Assembly: GCA_029858565.1 (NCBI GenBank)
Contig: JAOUEV010000002.1
Location: 119,873-183,872 of the forward strand
From: Nitrospirota bacterium
Lineage (GTDB): Bacteria; Nitrospirota; UBA9217
Reading direction: 5' to 3'
Length of the DNA: 64,000 nucleotides
Under the pieces are notes generated by a model. The model was not told the origin of the DNA. It ran no database searches and saw nothing but the letters and a program-made list of their open reading frames with translations. The translations under genes and the position numbers were made by a program. Below, in pieces: positions 1 to 8,903 of the stretch (the first letter of the stretch is position 1; every line of letters begins with the position of its first letter).

Positions 1-342
1 GGCGCTGCAGTGGCCGGTGGCGATGTCGATGGAGACGGTGTAAGTGAGATTATTGTCGGTTCCGCGGCAGATGCGGGTGGTATGCTGACCATCATTAAAG
101 GCGACGGAACTCAGACGAAGGTGAAGGTCTTTGGCAGGAAGGATGTGGCTGGTATGACGCTGGCCGTTGCTGACCTCGATGGCGACGGTAAGGCTGATCT
201 CGTTGCGGCGCCTGTGCTTGAGAGTGGGAATGCGAAGAAGGATGGTGCGATCGAGGTCCTGAATTCGAATGGCACCTTGATGTTCTCGATCGATGTCAAG
301 GCGGATGGTGCGAATGTTGCCATCGGTGAACTTGGTCTCTAA
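1..342 (+). CDS. FG-GAP/VCBS repeat (integrin-like beta-propeller) protein, 3' part only
   Basis: Repeats GDVDGDGVSEIIVG and ADLDGDGKADLVAA (DxDGDG Ca-binding motif); frame open from the window edge to TAA at 342. Confidence 0.8.
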   Translation, partial: GAAVAGGDVDGDGVSEIIVGSAADAGGMLTIIKGDGTQTKVKVFGRKDVAGMTLAVADLDGDGKADLVAAPVLESGNAKKDGAIEVLNSNGTLMFSIDVKADGANVAIGELGL

Positions 343-420
343 TTCATGATCGTGACCAGCATGAACATGAATGGAATTAAAAGATTGATACGGCGTACTC
401 TGCAAGAAGGAGCGGTGACT

Positions 421-3400
421 ATGAAGAAATCTACTCTACTTACGATTTCAATTCTGATTATGCTGTTCGGCATGCTGATTGCCGTGCGGGACGTCGCGGC
501 ACTCGATGCCCCGCATAACGCGAACGACGTATCTCGGTCGATCACCTGCTCCACGTGCCACGTTTCTCCATTGGGACCGACCCCGACGTGGAAAACAATC
601 CCGACGACCACGGACAATACCTATACAAACAATCTTTGTACAAGCTGTCACGCGAGCGGCAAGCTCACGACCAGCAAGTATGAGGATATTAAGACCCACT
701 CTGCGGCGAACACGGGAAGCACCCGGTGGGGCGGTGGCTGGACGGTTGAGTGTCGTGTCTGCCATCATGCCCATAACCAGGCGCAGCAGACCACGTTCTA
801 TTCAGATGCTAATAATAATGTGCTGACCGGTACGGTGGCGGCGCTGACGTCGTCGGTATCTGCGACCATGTCCACGCTTACTGCGTCCGCGGGGTCGATG
901 GGAACCGATGGTTACGTTGGTTACCTTCTTATCCCGAATACCGCATATCCTACGATCATGTATCGTGTTATAGCCAATGACGCGACGAAGTTTACCGTGA
1001 AAGGTGCTATTAACCTGGCTCGTACGGCAGTGGGAAAGACCTGGGCACTGCGCTACGGCAAAATGGTGAAAACGCAAATTGCCTATACGAACCCGACTTC
1101 GGTGAATGCCTCGGTCAAGTTCTACAATAATGCAGGCAACAATTCCTTTGCAGAAACCGCGAGCCCATCAACATCCCTTTGCATGGTCTGTCATACCCAG
1201 ACCAAGCATTTCAAGAATGACGGAACATTTGAGACTGCAGGTCATCCGGCAGCTGTCGGAACGGCCTGCACTTCCTGCCATAAACATAATACGGGCTTCA
1301 AGGCAAGCGGATGTAATGGCTGTCACGGCCAGAGCGGATCGACCGGCGCGCCTCTTGTTGCCGGTGATCTTGTCTCGCCAGCAACCGGCCACGCCGAAGG
1401 CGCACATCTGCGGCATGCGGTGACCCTGTCTCTGAGTTGTGCTGTCTGTCACGCTGGAAATACCATGCCTGCGCTCGACAGCGAGATAACCATGTCGTTC
1501 AGCGACGCGGCAGCAGGTGGAGCATATCAGGGCACTGCTCTCAACGCTCCTTACACCTATAGCGCCAATGTCACCCTGGGCGGCACGCAAACCTGTTCCT
1601 CTTTATATTGCCATAGCTCGGGTCAGAGTGCCACGGGTGGTTCGCTTGCCGGCGGAGACTACAAGTCAGTGAACTGGACAGGAGCCGGCCTGAACTGCGG
1701 CAGCTGCCACGTTGATATGGATGCAAGCGCATCGGCAACTGGCAGCCATATTAAGCACGCACAGGATAAGGCCATTGCTTGTGCGACCTGCCATGATGGA
1801 TACACAGAAACGTCAACGGCCGCGGCAACGCACGCAAATGCCTCGATCAATCTGAGCTTCAGCGGTAGGGCTGCTGGCTCGACATACTCCCAGGGAAACT
1901 CCCATGCTGTGCAGAACGGATACGGCCAGTGTTCAACGAACGATTGCCATAGCACCGGCCAGGGTTCCGATGGCAGTTCGTCCGGCATTACCTATGCGTC
2001 TCCGACGTGGGGCGGAACGGTGAATTGCAGCTCCTGCCACAAGAACATGGATGCTGATGCGACCGCACCGGGCAGCCATGTGAAGCACGCGCAGAGCGCG
2101 GCGATTGCCTGCGCCACCTGTCACAACGGATACACCGAGACCACCGCAGCCGTGGCAACCCATGACGACGGCACGGTGGACATGAGCTTCAGCGGTCCGG
2201 GAGACGGCACGTTCTACACCGGCGGTACGACGAGCGGCAACTACGCGCTCGGCGGCGGTTACGGTTCTTGCTACACCAGCTCCTGCCACAGCTCGGGCCA
2301 GTCCGCCACGGGTACGGCCTCGCCGCTGACCTATGGTTCACCGGTATGGGGCGGTACCTTGGACTGCGGTTCCTGCCACACGAACATGGATACTGATGCG
2401 ACCGCACCGGGCAGCCACGTGAAGCATGCCCAGAGCGCGGCCATCGCTTGCGCCTCCTGTCACAGCGGTTACACTGAGACCACGGTTGCGGTTGCAACGC
2501 ATAATAACTCGACAGTCAACGTGACGATGGCGACCGGCTTCTACACCGGCGGCACAACGAGCGGCAACAACGCGCTCGGCGGCGGCTATGGTTCCTGCTA
2601 CACCAGCTCCTGCCACAGCTCGGGCCAGTCAGCCACGGGTACGGCCTCGCCGCTGACCTATGGTTCTCCGGCATGGGGAGGTACACTGGACTGCGGCTCC
2701 TGCCATAAGAACATGGATACTGATGCGACCGCACCGGGCAGCCACGTGAAGCATACCCAGAGCGCGGCCATCGCTTGCGCAACCTGTCACAACGGTTACA
2801 CCGAGACCTCGGTTGCCGCGGCATCGCATAACAACGGCACGGTGGATATGAGCTTCAGCGGGACGGGTGCCGGGACGTTCTACAGCGGCGGCACAGTGAG
2901 CGGCGACAACGCGCTCGGCGGCGGCTACGGTTCCTGCTACACCAGCTCCTGCCACAGCTCAGGCCAGTCAGCGACGGGTACGGCATCACCGTTGACCTAC
3001 GGCTCTCCTGCGTGGGGCGGAGCGCTGGATTGCGGCTCCTGCCACAAGAACATGGATACGGATGGAACTGCGCCGGGAAGCCACGTTGGCCATGCACAGA
3101 CAGCGGCGATTGCGTGCGCAACCTGCCACAGCGGGTACACCGAGACGACGGTTGCGGCTGCAACGCATAATAACTCGACAGTCAACGTGACGATGTCGAC
3201 CGGCTTCTACAGCGGCGGCACGGTTTCGGGTGACAATGCGCTGGGCGGCGGTTATGGAACCTGTTTCACAACGAACTGCCATGGCTCATCCTCACCCGTC
3301 TGGGGCACGAACACCACGAATGCTTCCTGTACGAAGTGCCATGGTGTTTCCGGCGCAACCCCTGCGCAGTATACCGCGGATAACAATATAGCGGCGCCTG

Positions 3401-4302
3401 GATATGTTTCTGTCGCTCCGGTCGGTACCGGTCGCGCAACATCTGGTGCGACAGCTGCGACAGATCCGAAGGTCGGAGCTCATAACGCACACCTTAAGGG
3501 CGTGAGCAACTATTCGGATCCCATTGCCTGCAGCGCCTGCCACAATACGTCATCAGGGCACATGGATGGTTCCGGCACACTGACATTCAGCGGTTTGTCT
3601 ACATCGAACGGCGCCGCTGCAAATTATAGCGCGCCGAATTGTTCAACAACCTACTGTCATTTCGGTAAATCGATCAATTTGTACTCGCCGGCAGTTTCGA
3701 GCGCTACAGTGACCTGGAATGATACGGCTTACCTGAGCGGCACACCGAGCATCGGCGGAGACTGCGCGAAGTGCCATCTCTCACCGCCTTCGGCAACAGG
3801 GACCCATGCAGGCTACAGCACCTTCACAGACTGCAACACCTGTCATCCTCATGTGAGCACAGACGGTACGTTCAACAACAAATCGCTGCATATCAACGGC
3901 GTAGTCGAAGCCGCAAGCGGTTGCGACGGCTGCCACGCATATCCGCCTGCAATAGGCGACGGCAAGGCGTATAAGGGTTCCGCGCTGCTCGGTAAAGGAG
4001 CGCATACATCCCATGTCAACTATCTCCTCCTGAGGACCGGATTGACCCTTAGCGCTAAGGGTGATACTTATACCGGTGCAACGGTTGCGGCGATCTGCGG
4101 CGTTTGTCACAACACGTCAGCCGATGCCTTCCATAAGAATGGCAATGATGTCCGTGACCTCCTGATCCCATCGTCTTACCTCTTTGGTACGGGGACGCCG
4201 ACATATAACGGGAATCCCGCGACTACGACCAATAAGAACTGCTCGAATGTCAGCTGCCATTTCAATGTAACTCCGCTGTGGCAGCAGACCGCGGGTCAGT
4301 AA
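421..4302 (+). CDS. Giant secreted multiheme cytochrome c, CxxxxCH/CxxCH (Geobacter-type) family, 1293 aa
   Basis: 23 CXXCH + 8 CX4CH motifs counted by eye; GAAGGAG RBS before ATG 421; Sec-type signal MKKSTLLTISILIMLFGMLIAVRDVAA; very rich in Ser/Thr/Gly/Ala. Confidence 0.95.
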   Translation: MKKSTLLTISILIMLFGMLIAVRDVAALDAPHNANDVSRSITCSTCHVSPLGPTPTWKTIPTTTDNTYTNNLCTSCHASGKLTTSKYEDIKTHSAANTGSTRWGGGWTVECRVCHHAHNQAQQTTFYSDANNNVLTGTVAALTSSVSATMSTLTASAGSMGTDGYVGYLLIPNTAYPTIMYRVIANDATKFTVKGAINLARTAVGKTWALRYGKMVKTQIAYTNPTSVNASVKFYNNAGNNSFAETASPSTSLCMVCHTQTKHFKNDGTFETAGHPAAVGTACTSCHKHNTGFKASGCNGCHGQSGSTGAPLVAGDLVSPATGHAEGAHLRHAVTLSLSCAVCHAGNTMPALDSEITMSFSDAAAGGAYQGTALNAPYTYSANVTLGGTQTCSSLYCHSSGQSATGGSLAGGDYKSVNWTGAGLNCGSCHVDMDASASATGSHIKHAQDKAIACATCHDGYTETSTAAATHANASINLSFSGRAAGSTYSQGNSHAVQNGYGQCSTNDCHSTGQGSDGSSSGITYASPTWGGTVNCSSCHKNMDADATAPGSHVKHAQSAAIACATCHNGYTETTAAVATHDDGTVDMSFSGPGDGTFYTGGTTSGNYALGGGYGSCYTSSCHSSGQSATGTASPLTYGSPVWGGTLDCGSCHTNMDTDATAPGSHVKHAQSAAIACASCHSGYTETTVAVATHNNSTVNVTMATGFYTGGTTSGNNALGGGYGSCYTSSCHSSGQSATGTASPLTYGSPAWGGTLDCGSCHKNMDTDATAPGSHVKHTQSAAIACATCHNGYTETSVAAASHNNGTVDMSFSGTGAGTFYSGGTVSGDNALGGGYGSCYTSSCHSSGQSATGTASPLTYGSPAWGGALDCGSCHKNMDTDGTAPGSHVGHAQTAAIACATCHSGYTETTVAAATHNNSTVNVTMSTGFYSGGTVSGDNALGGGYGTCFTTNCHGSSSPVWGTNTTNASCTKCHGVSGATPAQYTADNNIAAPGYVSVAPVGTGRATSGATAATDPKVGAHNAHLKGVSNYSDPIACSACHNTSSGHMDGSGTLTFSGLSTSNGAAANYSAPNCSTTYCHFGKSINLYSPAVSSATVTWNDTAYLSGTPSIGGDCAKCHLSPPSATGTHAGYSTFTDCNTCHPHVSTDGTFNNKSLHINGVVEAASGCDGCHAYPPAIGDGKAYKGSALLGKGAHTSHVNYLLLRTGLTLSAKGDTYTGATVAAICGVCHNTSADAFHKNGNDVRDLLIPSSYLFGTGTPTYNGNPATTTNKNCSNVSCHFNVTPLWQQTAGQ
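1696..3282 (+). repeat. Intragenic tandem repeat: five 109-113 aa three-heme modules
   Basis: Equivalent positions (residue after CxSCH) at 1711, 2041, 2380, 2707, 3046; spacings 330/339/327/339 nt; the last four copies are highly similar at DNA level. Confidence 0.95.
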
Positions 4303-4311
4303 GGGAGGGTG

Positions 4312-4340
4312 TGGACGTGTATACCGTACTGAGGTATAAT
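4312..4340 (+). promoter_or_regulatory. Putative sigma70 promoter for the second cytochrome, with an overlapping inverted repeat
   Basis: TGGACG-17 nt-TATAAT; TATACC(4320-4325)-N7-GGTATA(4333-4338) overlaps the -10. Confidence 0.5.
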
Positions 4341-4436
4341 AGCCAGCCTGCATGCAAGGCTGCAGTTCATAATCAGAAACGCTCAGCCGCATCCGTGGAA
4401 TCGACCGGCAGAGCTCTTACAGAAGGCGAGGTACTT

Positions 4437-6980
4437 ATGATGAAGAAAGCTTGTAACGATAGCGCGGTAAGCCGGCTCACATGGCTGGGGCTTGCGGTAG
4501 TCCTGATCATGCTGATCTCCGCATTCGTTGCTGTACCTCAGGCAACAGCCGGAACGTATACGGTAGATACGTGCGGCGATTGCCACGCATACTCCACGGG
4601 AACGTTCACGGACGGTTCGGCCCGGAATAATCCGGCCGGCGCCTTCCCGGGCTCGCATCAACAGCATGTGACGACCTACCAGATGGCCTGCACGGTCTGT
4701 CACATCAACAACGGAGCTAATTTTGCCCATCGGAACGGCAATGTTGATATAAATGCCTCGATCAGCGGAGGCACATACAGCAAAGGTTCATTCTCCCAGG
4801 TTAATACGACATCTCTGGGTCGGTGCACTAACGTCTCTTGCCATAGCAACGGAACCCCGCTGAACGGTACAGCAACATTCGCAACAGCGACCTGGGGTTC
4901 TCCGGCAACAGGTGCTTGCGGAACCTGCCACGGCGTCCTGGCTTCCAGCGCTCCGACCTCAACGCATCACAGCAAACACGTGGGAGCTGCTGCGGGATAT
5001 CAAAACGCCTGCGGTTGGTGCCATAGCAGCACGGTGAACATGACAGCGAATTCAACCGTTCAGGCGACGGTCACTTCAACTACGCTGCATGTCAACGGAA
5101 TCAAGAACGTCTCCTTTGAAACCACCACGAACGCCGGGGCGAACGCCTACGGAAGCGGGCAGGCCTATAGCTGCACCAACCTCTACTGTCATAGCCAGGG
5201 GAACACGTTCACATCACCCTATACAGCGCCGAACACGACAGCGCTCTGGACATTGGCTGCAGGTTCGCTGAACTGCAACAGCTGCCATGGTTCGACCGTA
5301 GCAACAACCACTCGCGGTAATGGCAAGCCTGAGTACGCCAACGGCACGCCGAAGAAGAACAGCCATGCGGGCCATTTCCCGTGGAACACGCTCCAGTCCT
5401 GCCAGATCTGCCATTCGGCAACGACCACGGACGGGGTGAGCGTTACGAACAAAGCGAACCATGTGAAGAAGTCCTACAACGTGGGTTCCTACACGGGAGG
5501 CGGTGCCTGGAACACCTTGGCAAACTTCACCTATACCTATAATGCCAATGGCAGCACCTGTAATACCAACCAGTGCCATGCTGGGCTGAACGCACAGTGG
5601 GGCTCGACAGGAGCCGGCTCCGGCAGCGAATGGAACTGCATTACCTGCCACTCCAGCTCGTTCAAGAAGTTCCTCGGCACGGGAACGATCCGGCAGGTTG
5701 TCGGTACGACCAACGCCGCTGATTTCAACATGTCAACGATCGGGAACGGCGCAGGTTCGCGTCACCTGTACGGTGCTTCGACAATCGTGAAATGGGACTG
5801 CATCATCTGTCACGAGGAAGGTCAGGCAACGGGCGCTCCTGGAAGGGTTGACTGGCAGAACCATAATGACTTGGGCGGCTTGATCCATCTGCGGAACGTG
5901 GACACGATCGATCCTGCGAACTCGGGCTGGGCGATTAACAACAAGTCCTGGACGACGACCGATTATCAGAGTATGGACGAGTTCTGCGTCTCTTGCCATG
6001 ATTCCAACGGGGCAAGCGCGATCGCGGTGAATGCTGCGAACAACGGACTCTTCACCGGCACTGCTGCCTGGAACACCTATCGTGCAGGCTGGAAATCAAT
6101 GGCAGGAACTTTCCCCGGCAGGGCAGCCCTGGCACCGTTCAACTCCACGGACTGGCGTTCTGGTTATCTGGTTGCATCCACCTCGTCAGTAGGCGCCGGC
6201 GAGGGCAGAGCAAAGATCACTGACGTGAAGACCCAATTCTACGCAGGTACTGCAGGCAACTGGGCGACAACGAACTACAACGGCAATCCGTCGCAGCACG
6301 CGGTGCTCGGTACCCGGTACGGCCGGGCCTGGAACACCTGGACCGCCGCAGCCTGGTCGAGCTACTTCATGAAGAAGTCTCGTGCGAACATCAACGCCAT
6401 GCGTGAGACCGCGCTACTCTCATGCGCTGACTGTCACGTGCTCGATGCTCCAGGTGTGGGCGGCAATGCTCATAGCGGTACAGTGAAATACATGCTGTCT
6501 ACAGTCACTAGTGATGGCATCTGCACAAAGTGTCATTCGACAACTGCCTACGCTGCGGCGAGCGCTATATCCCGGTGGAATCACAGCTACTCAAGAGGCG
6601 GTTACAATGCCTATGGTCTTTCCAACGCAGCAGGTACGGGTTCTCAGCTCGCCTGTATGATGTGCCATGCTGGCTGGCAGATAGAGTCAACGGTCTCGAG
6701 ACAGAGGAGCTACGGCGGCATCCATGGATCCTGGACGACCTTCTATCCCATGAGCACGGTAGGAAGTGGAAACCTGACGACCTACCGGTTCTTCCCCGGG
6801 ACCTGGAGAAAGCATTCATATAGTGCTGATAACCAGTGGGGCTCCATGACAGCTTCGACCTGTTACTTCGGGGCTACAACCGATAATAGCGGATTTGCGA
6901 GCTGTACGTCACATGGAAGCGCGACCGGCAGAACTGGAACGACGTACACGCCGACGTACACGCGTCCGGTCAAGTACTAA
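4437..6980 (+). CDS. Secreted multiheme cytochrome c, CxxxxCH/CxxCH family, 847 aa
   Basis: 12 CXXCH + 3 CX4CH; GAGGT RBS before ATG 4437; hydrophobic signal ending ...PQATA; Ser/Thr/Asn/Trp-rich. Confidence 0.93.
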   Translation: MMKKACNDSAVSRLTWLGLAVVLIMLISAFVAVPQATAGTYTVDTCGDCHAYSTGTFTDGSARNNPAGAFPGSHQQHVTTYQMACTVCHINNGANFAHRNGNVDINASISGGTYSKGSFSQVNTTSLGRCTNVSCHSNGTPLNGTATFATATWGSPATGACGTCHGVLASSAPTSTHHSKHVGAAAGYQNACGWCHSSTVNMTANSTVQATVTSTTLHVNGIKNVSFETTTNAGANAYGSGQAYSCTNLYCHSQGNTFTSPYTAPNTTALWTLAAGSLNCNSCHGSTVATTTRGNGKPEYANGTPKKNSHAGHFPWNTLQSCQICHSATTTDGVSVTNKANHVKKSYNVGSYTGGGAWNTLANFTYTYNANGSTCNTNQCHAGLNAQWGSTGAGSGSEWNCITCHSSSFKKFLGTGTIRQVVGTTNAADFNMSTIGNGAGSRHLYGASTIVKWDCIICHEEGQATGAPGRVDWQNHNDLGGLIHLRNVDTIDPANSGWAINNKSWTTTDYQSMDEFCVSCHDSNGASAIAVNAANNGLFTGTAAWNTYRAGWKSMAGTFPGRAALAPFNSTDWRSGYLVASTSSVGAGEGRAKITDVKTQFYAGTAGNWATTNYNGNPSQHAVLGTRYGRAWNTWTAAAWSSYFMKKSRANINAMRETALLSCADCHVLDAPGVGGNAHSGTVKYMLSTVTSDGICTKCHSTTAYAAASAISRWNHSYSRGGYNAYGLSNAAGTGSQLACMMCHAGWQIESTVSRQRSYGGIHGSWTTFYPMSTVGSGNLTTYRFFPGTWRKHSYSADNQWGSMTASTCYFGATTDNSGFASCTSHGSATGRTGTTYTPTYTRPVKY

Positions 6981-7010
6981 CAGCTTCGAGGTCTTGAAGG
7001 CAACAAATGT

Positions 7011-7050
7011 AGCGGAGGCTCATATGAGCCTCCGCTTTTTTTTTGTTTTT
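7011..7050 (+). terminator. Rho-independent terminator after the cytochrome genes
   Basis: Perfect palindrome AGCGGAGGCTCATATGAGCCTCCGCT followed by a long T run. Confidence 0.9.
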
Positions 7051-7378
7051 TACAGCGGTGAAGGCGGTTCCTTGTGTTTAACGATAGGGATGTGTTGGTG
7101 CACGGTGAAGGAGCAAGGTAAATTGGACGGGAAGCCCGGTGGCCCAAAGTCCGATAAACAAGAGTACGGTAGTGAAGTTGCGGCAGCGATCATCTGGGAT
7201 GAATAAGGAGCCTCTTTCCTGAATGAACTTTCGATCCGCCCTGGTGATATGTTTCAGACCTCTTTTTATCGGAGCTAGTGCCAACCGCTGTCGCCAATCG
7301 GGAGATGTCAACGAAGTGTGCTCAATCGTCATCAGAAACAGAGTGCATTAGCAAGGTGTTGAGAACGTCCTCTGGTGT

Positions 7379-7502
7379 TGCCATAGCGAGAAGCATAAGC
7401 GACCAGGCAATCTCGTATTTTATGGAAACGCATAACCAGGAATTTGAGGAGTCTGATCCAGGCGAAGGGAATGCAAGATTGCTTTGCTTCGCTCGCAATG
7501 AC
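7379..7502. repeat. REP/MITE-like inverted repeat element (TGTCATTGCGAG family), degenerate copy
   Basis: AGATTGCTTTGCTTCGCTCGCAATGAC (7476-7502) is nearly the reverse complement of 62200-62226; degenerate left arm TGCCATAGCGAG...GCAATCTC. Confidence 0.6.
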
Positions 7503-7664
7503 CAGTGCAGGACCTGCTCGGAGAGACACTTGAAGGCATTTTTCAGCAAACAGTTCGTGAATTGTGAAGAGGGGGTAGGGGGGCAGAGAAGTCCGAGCCG
7601 TGGCAGTCCCCAGCTAGGCGCGAACGCAGAAAATCGAACGATATGCTGAAAGGACCATAATTTA

Positions 7665-8903
7665 CTACGGCAATGACGGTGAAGAAAGCAGGTAACTGTA
7701 GAGAAAAGCAGGGACCATGCGTCCGGTGACGAATGGATACAGATAAAGCCCCCAGACTGCAGTGAGGCAAAAGAGAATACTAAAGACCTTTCGGGATCGG
7801 CCAGAGCCCATGGTCAAAGATGCAAGCGAGTACGCGATCAGTAGATAGGCAAATGGCAGCACCGCAAAGGCTGAATAGAGGAACACCGGACGCTTCACCA
7901 GGATGAACTGTAAGTACGATGAAGCAAAGAGCAGCAAGACCAGGGGGAGGCTCCGCTCTCTGCGTTGATACGCATAATACAGCCCATAGACCGCAGCAGG
8001 TATGGTCAGGAGCCAGATCGGCGGATTGCTCATGAAGGTGAAGAACTTTCCCCACCCGGCATTCACGAAGATCGGTTCGCCGTGTATCAGCGGCTTGACG
8101 AACCAGTGCCAGGGAACTGATGGCGAAGAACTAAAGAATTTATCAACAAAGGAATCAAGCGCCATGGCCTGGAGGGTATGGTAGGCGTCCTTTTGCCATA
8201 TGATGAAGTCGAGTAGGTTGGACCCCCGTTTGAACCAGGGATACATCAGGAGTAAGTAAACGCCTCCAGCGACCACGCCTGACGACGCAAGGTAAGTTGA
8301 GCTGAGGATTCGGTCTTGCCCGTCACGGTTCGACCAGATCCGGAGGAGAAGATAGGCGAAGACAGCGAGAGTCGGCAGGACAAAATACCATTTGCCGGAA
8401 AGCGCCAGTCCGAGGGGGATCCCTGCCCATGCCAGTGCGCGCTCGTTCCCCTGCATATACAGGGCGATCGCGTAGACAAAGAGCAGGAAGAAGAAGATCG
8501 GAATTATTTCCATGAAGTTGGTGCGAGATAGGGAAATATGGAAAGGCTCGATGGCAAAGAAAAGGCCGGAGAGCCAGGCGACGCGCCGGTCCTCGAAGAG
8601 TCGCAGGGCAAGCAGCAAGAGCATCAGCACGGAGAGGCTACCGAAGAGGACGTTCGGCAGCCGCCAGCCATAGGCATTGTTTCCAAAGAGTTTGATGCCG
8701 ATCGCGGTCACATGGAAGTTCAAGGGCGGATGGAGCCAGACGACCGGGGCGTAGAGGCCGTTCTTCTGGAAGTTCTCTGCAGCGGGGATGAACTGGAATT
8801 CATCGCCGATGACGTATGGCGGTTCGCCGACGCTCCAGACGCGAAGGGCAAAGGCCAAGAGAAACAGCAGCAGCACGGTATTCCGATTGTTAAAACGTTC
8901 CAT
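7665..8903 (-). CDS. Protein O-mannosyltransferase-like GT-C (PMT/GT39)
   Basis: Polytopic membrane protein; GDE acidic loop motif, HPPL, YGWRLPNVLFG, LSGKW, C-terminal S.PWHW and NPPIW typical of the PMT fold. Confidence 0.8.
   Translation of the reverse strand: MERFNNRNTVLLLFLLAFALRVWSVGEPPYVIGDEFQFIPAAENFQKNGLYAPVVWLHPPLNFHVTAIGIKLFGNNAYGWRLPNVLFGSLSVLMLLLLALRLFEDRRVAWLSGLFFAIEPFHISLSRTNFMEIIPIFFFLLFVYAIALYMQGNERALAWAGIPLGLALSGKWYFVLPTLAVFAYLLLRIWSNRDGQDRILSSTYLASSGVVAGGVYLLLMYPWFKRGSNLLDFIIWQKDAYHTLQAMALDSFVDKFFSSSPSVPWHWFVKPLIHGEPIFVNAGWGKFFTFMSNPPIWLLTIPAAVYGLYYAYQRRERSLPLVLLLFASSYLQFILVKRPVFLYSAFAVLPFAYLLIAYSLASLTMGSGRSRKVFSILFCLTAVWGLYLYPFVTGRMVPAFLYSYLLSSPSLP

Noticed and set aside
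346-420. ORF-track N-terminal extensions (also 4278, 14137, 27405, 31258, 45070, 50061, 52801, 53942, 57323, 63220)
   Set aside because: Downstream starts fit better with RBS, signal peptides, domain boundaries or stop/start overlaps
1696-3282. Regular repeats as a CRISPR array
   Set aside because: Units are 327-339 nt, in frame and protein-coding, with no unique spacers and no cas genes
421-6980. Many N-X-S/T sequons in both cytochromes as evidence of N-glycosylation
   Set aside because: The proteins are so rich in Asn, Ser and Thr that many sequons are expected by chance, and no PglB/AglB oligosaccharyltransferase (WWDYG motif) was seen
6990-7660. Short ORFs in the gap after the cytochromes
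   Set aside because: No recognisable motifs; they run through a terminator and a repeat element
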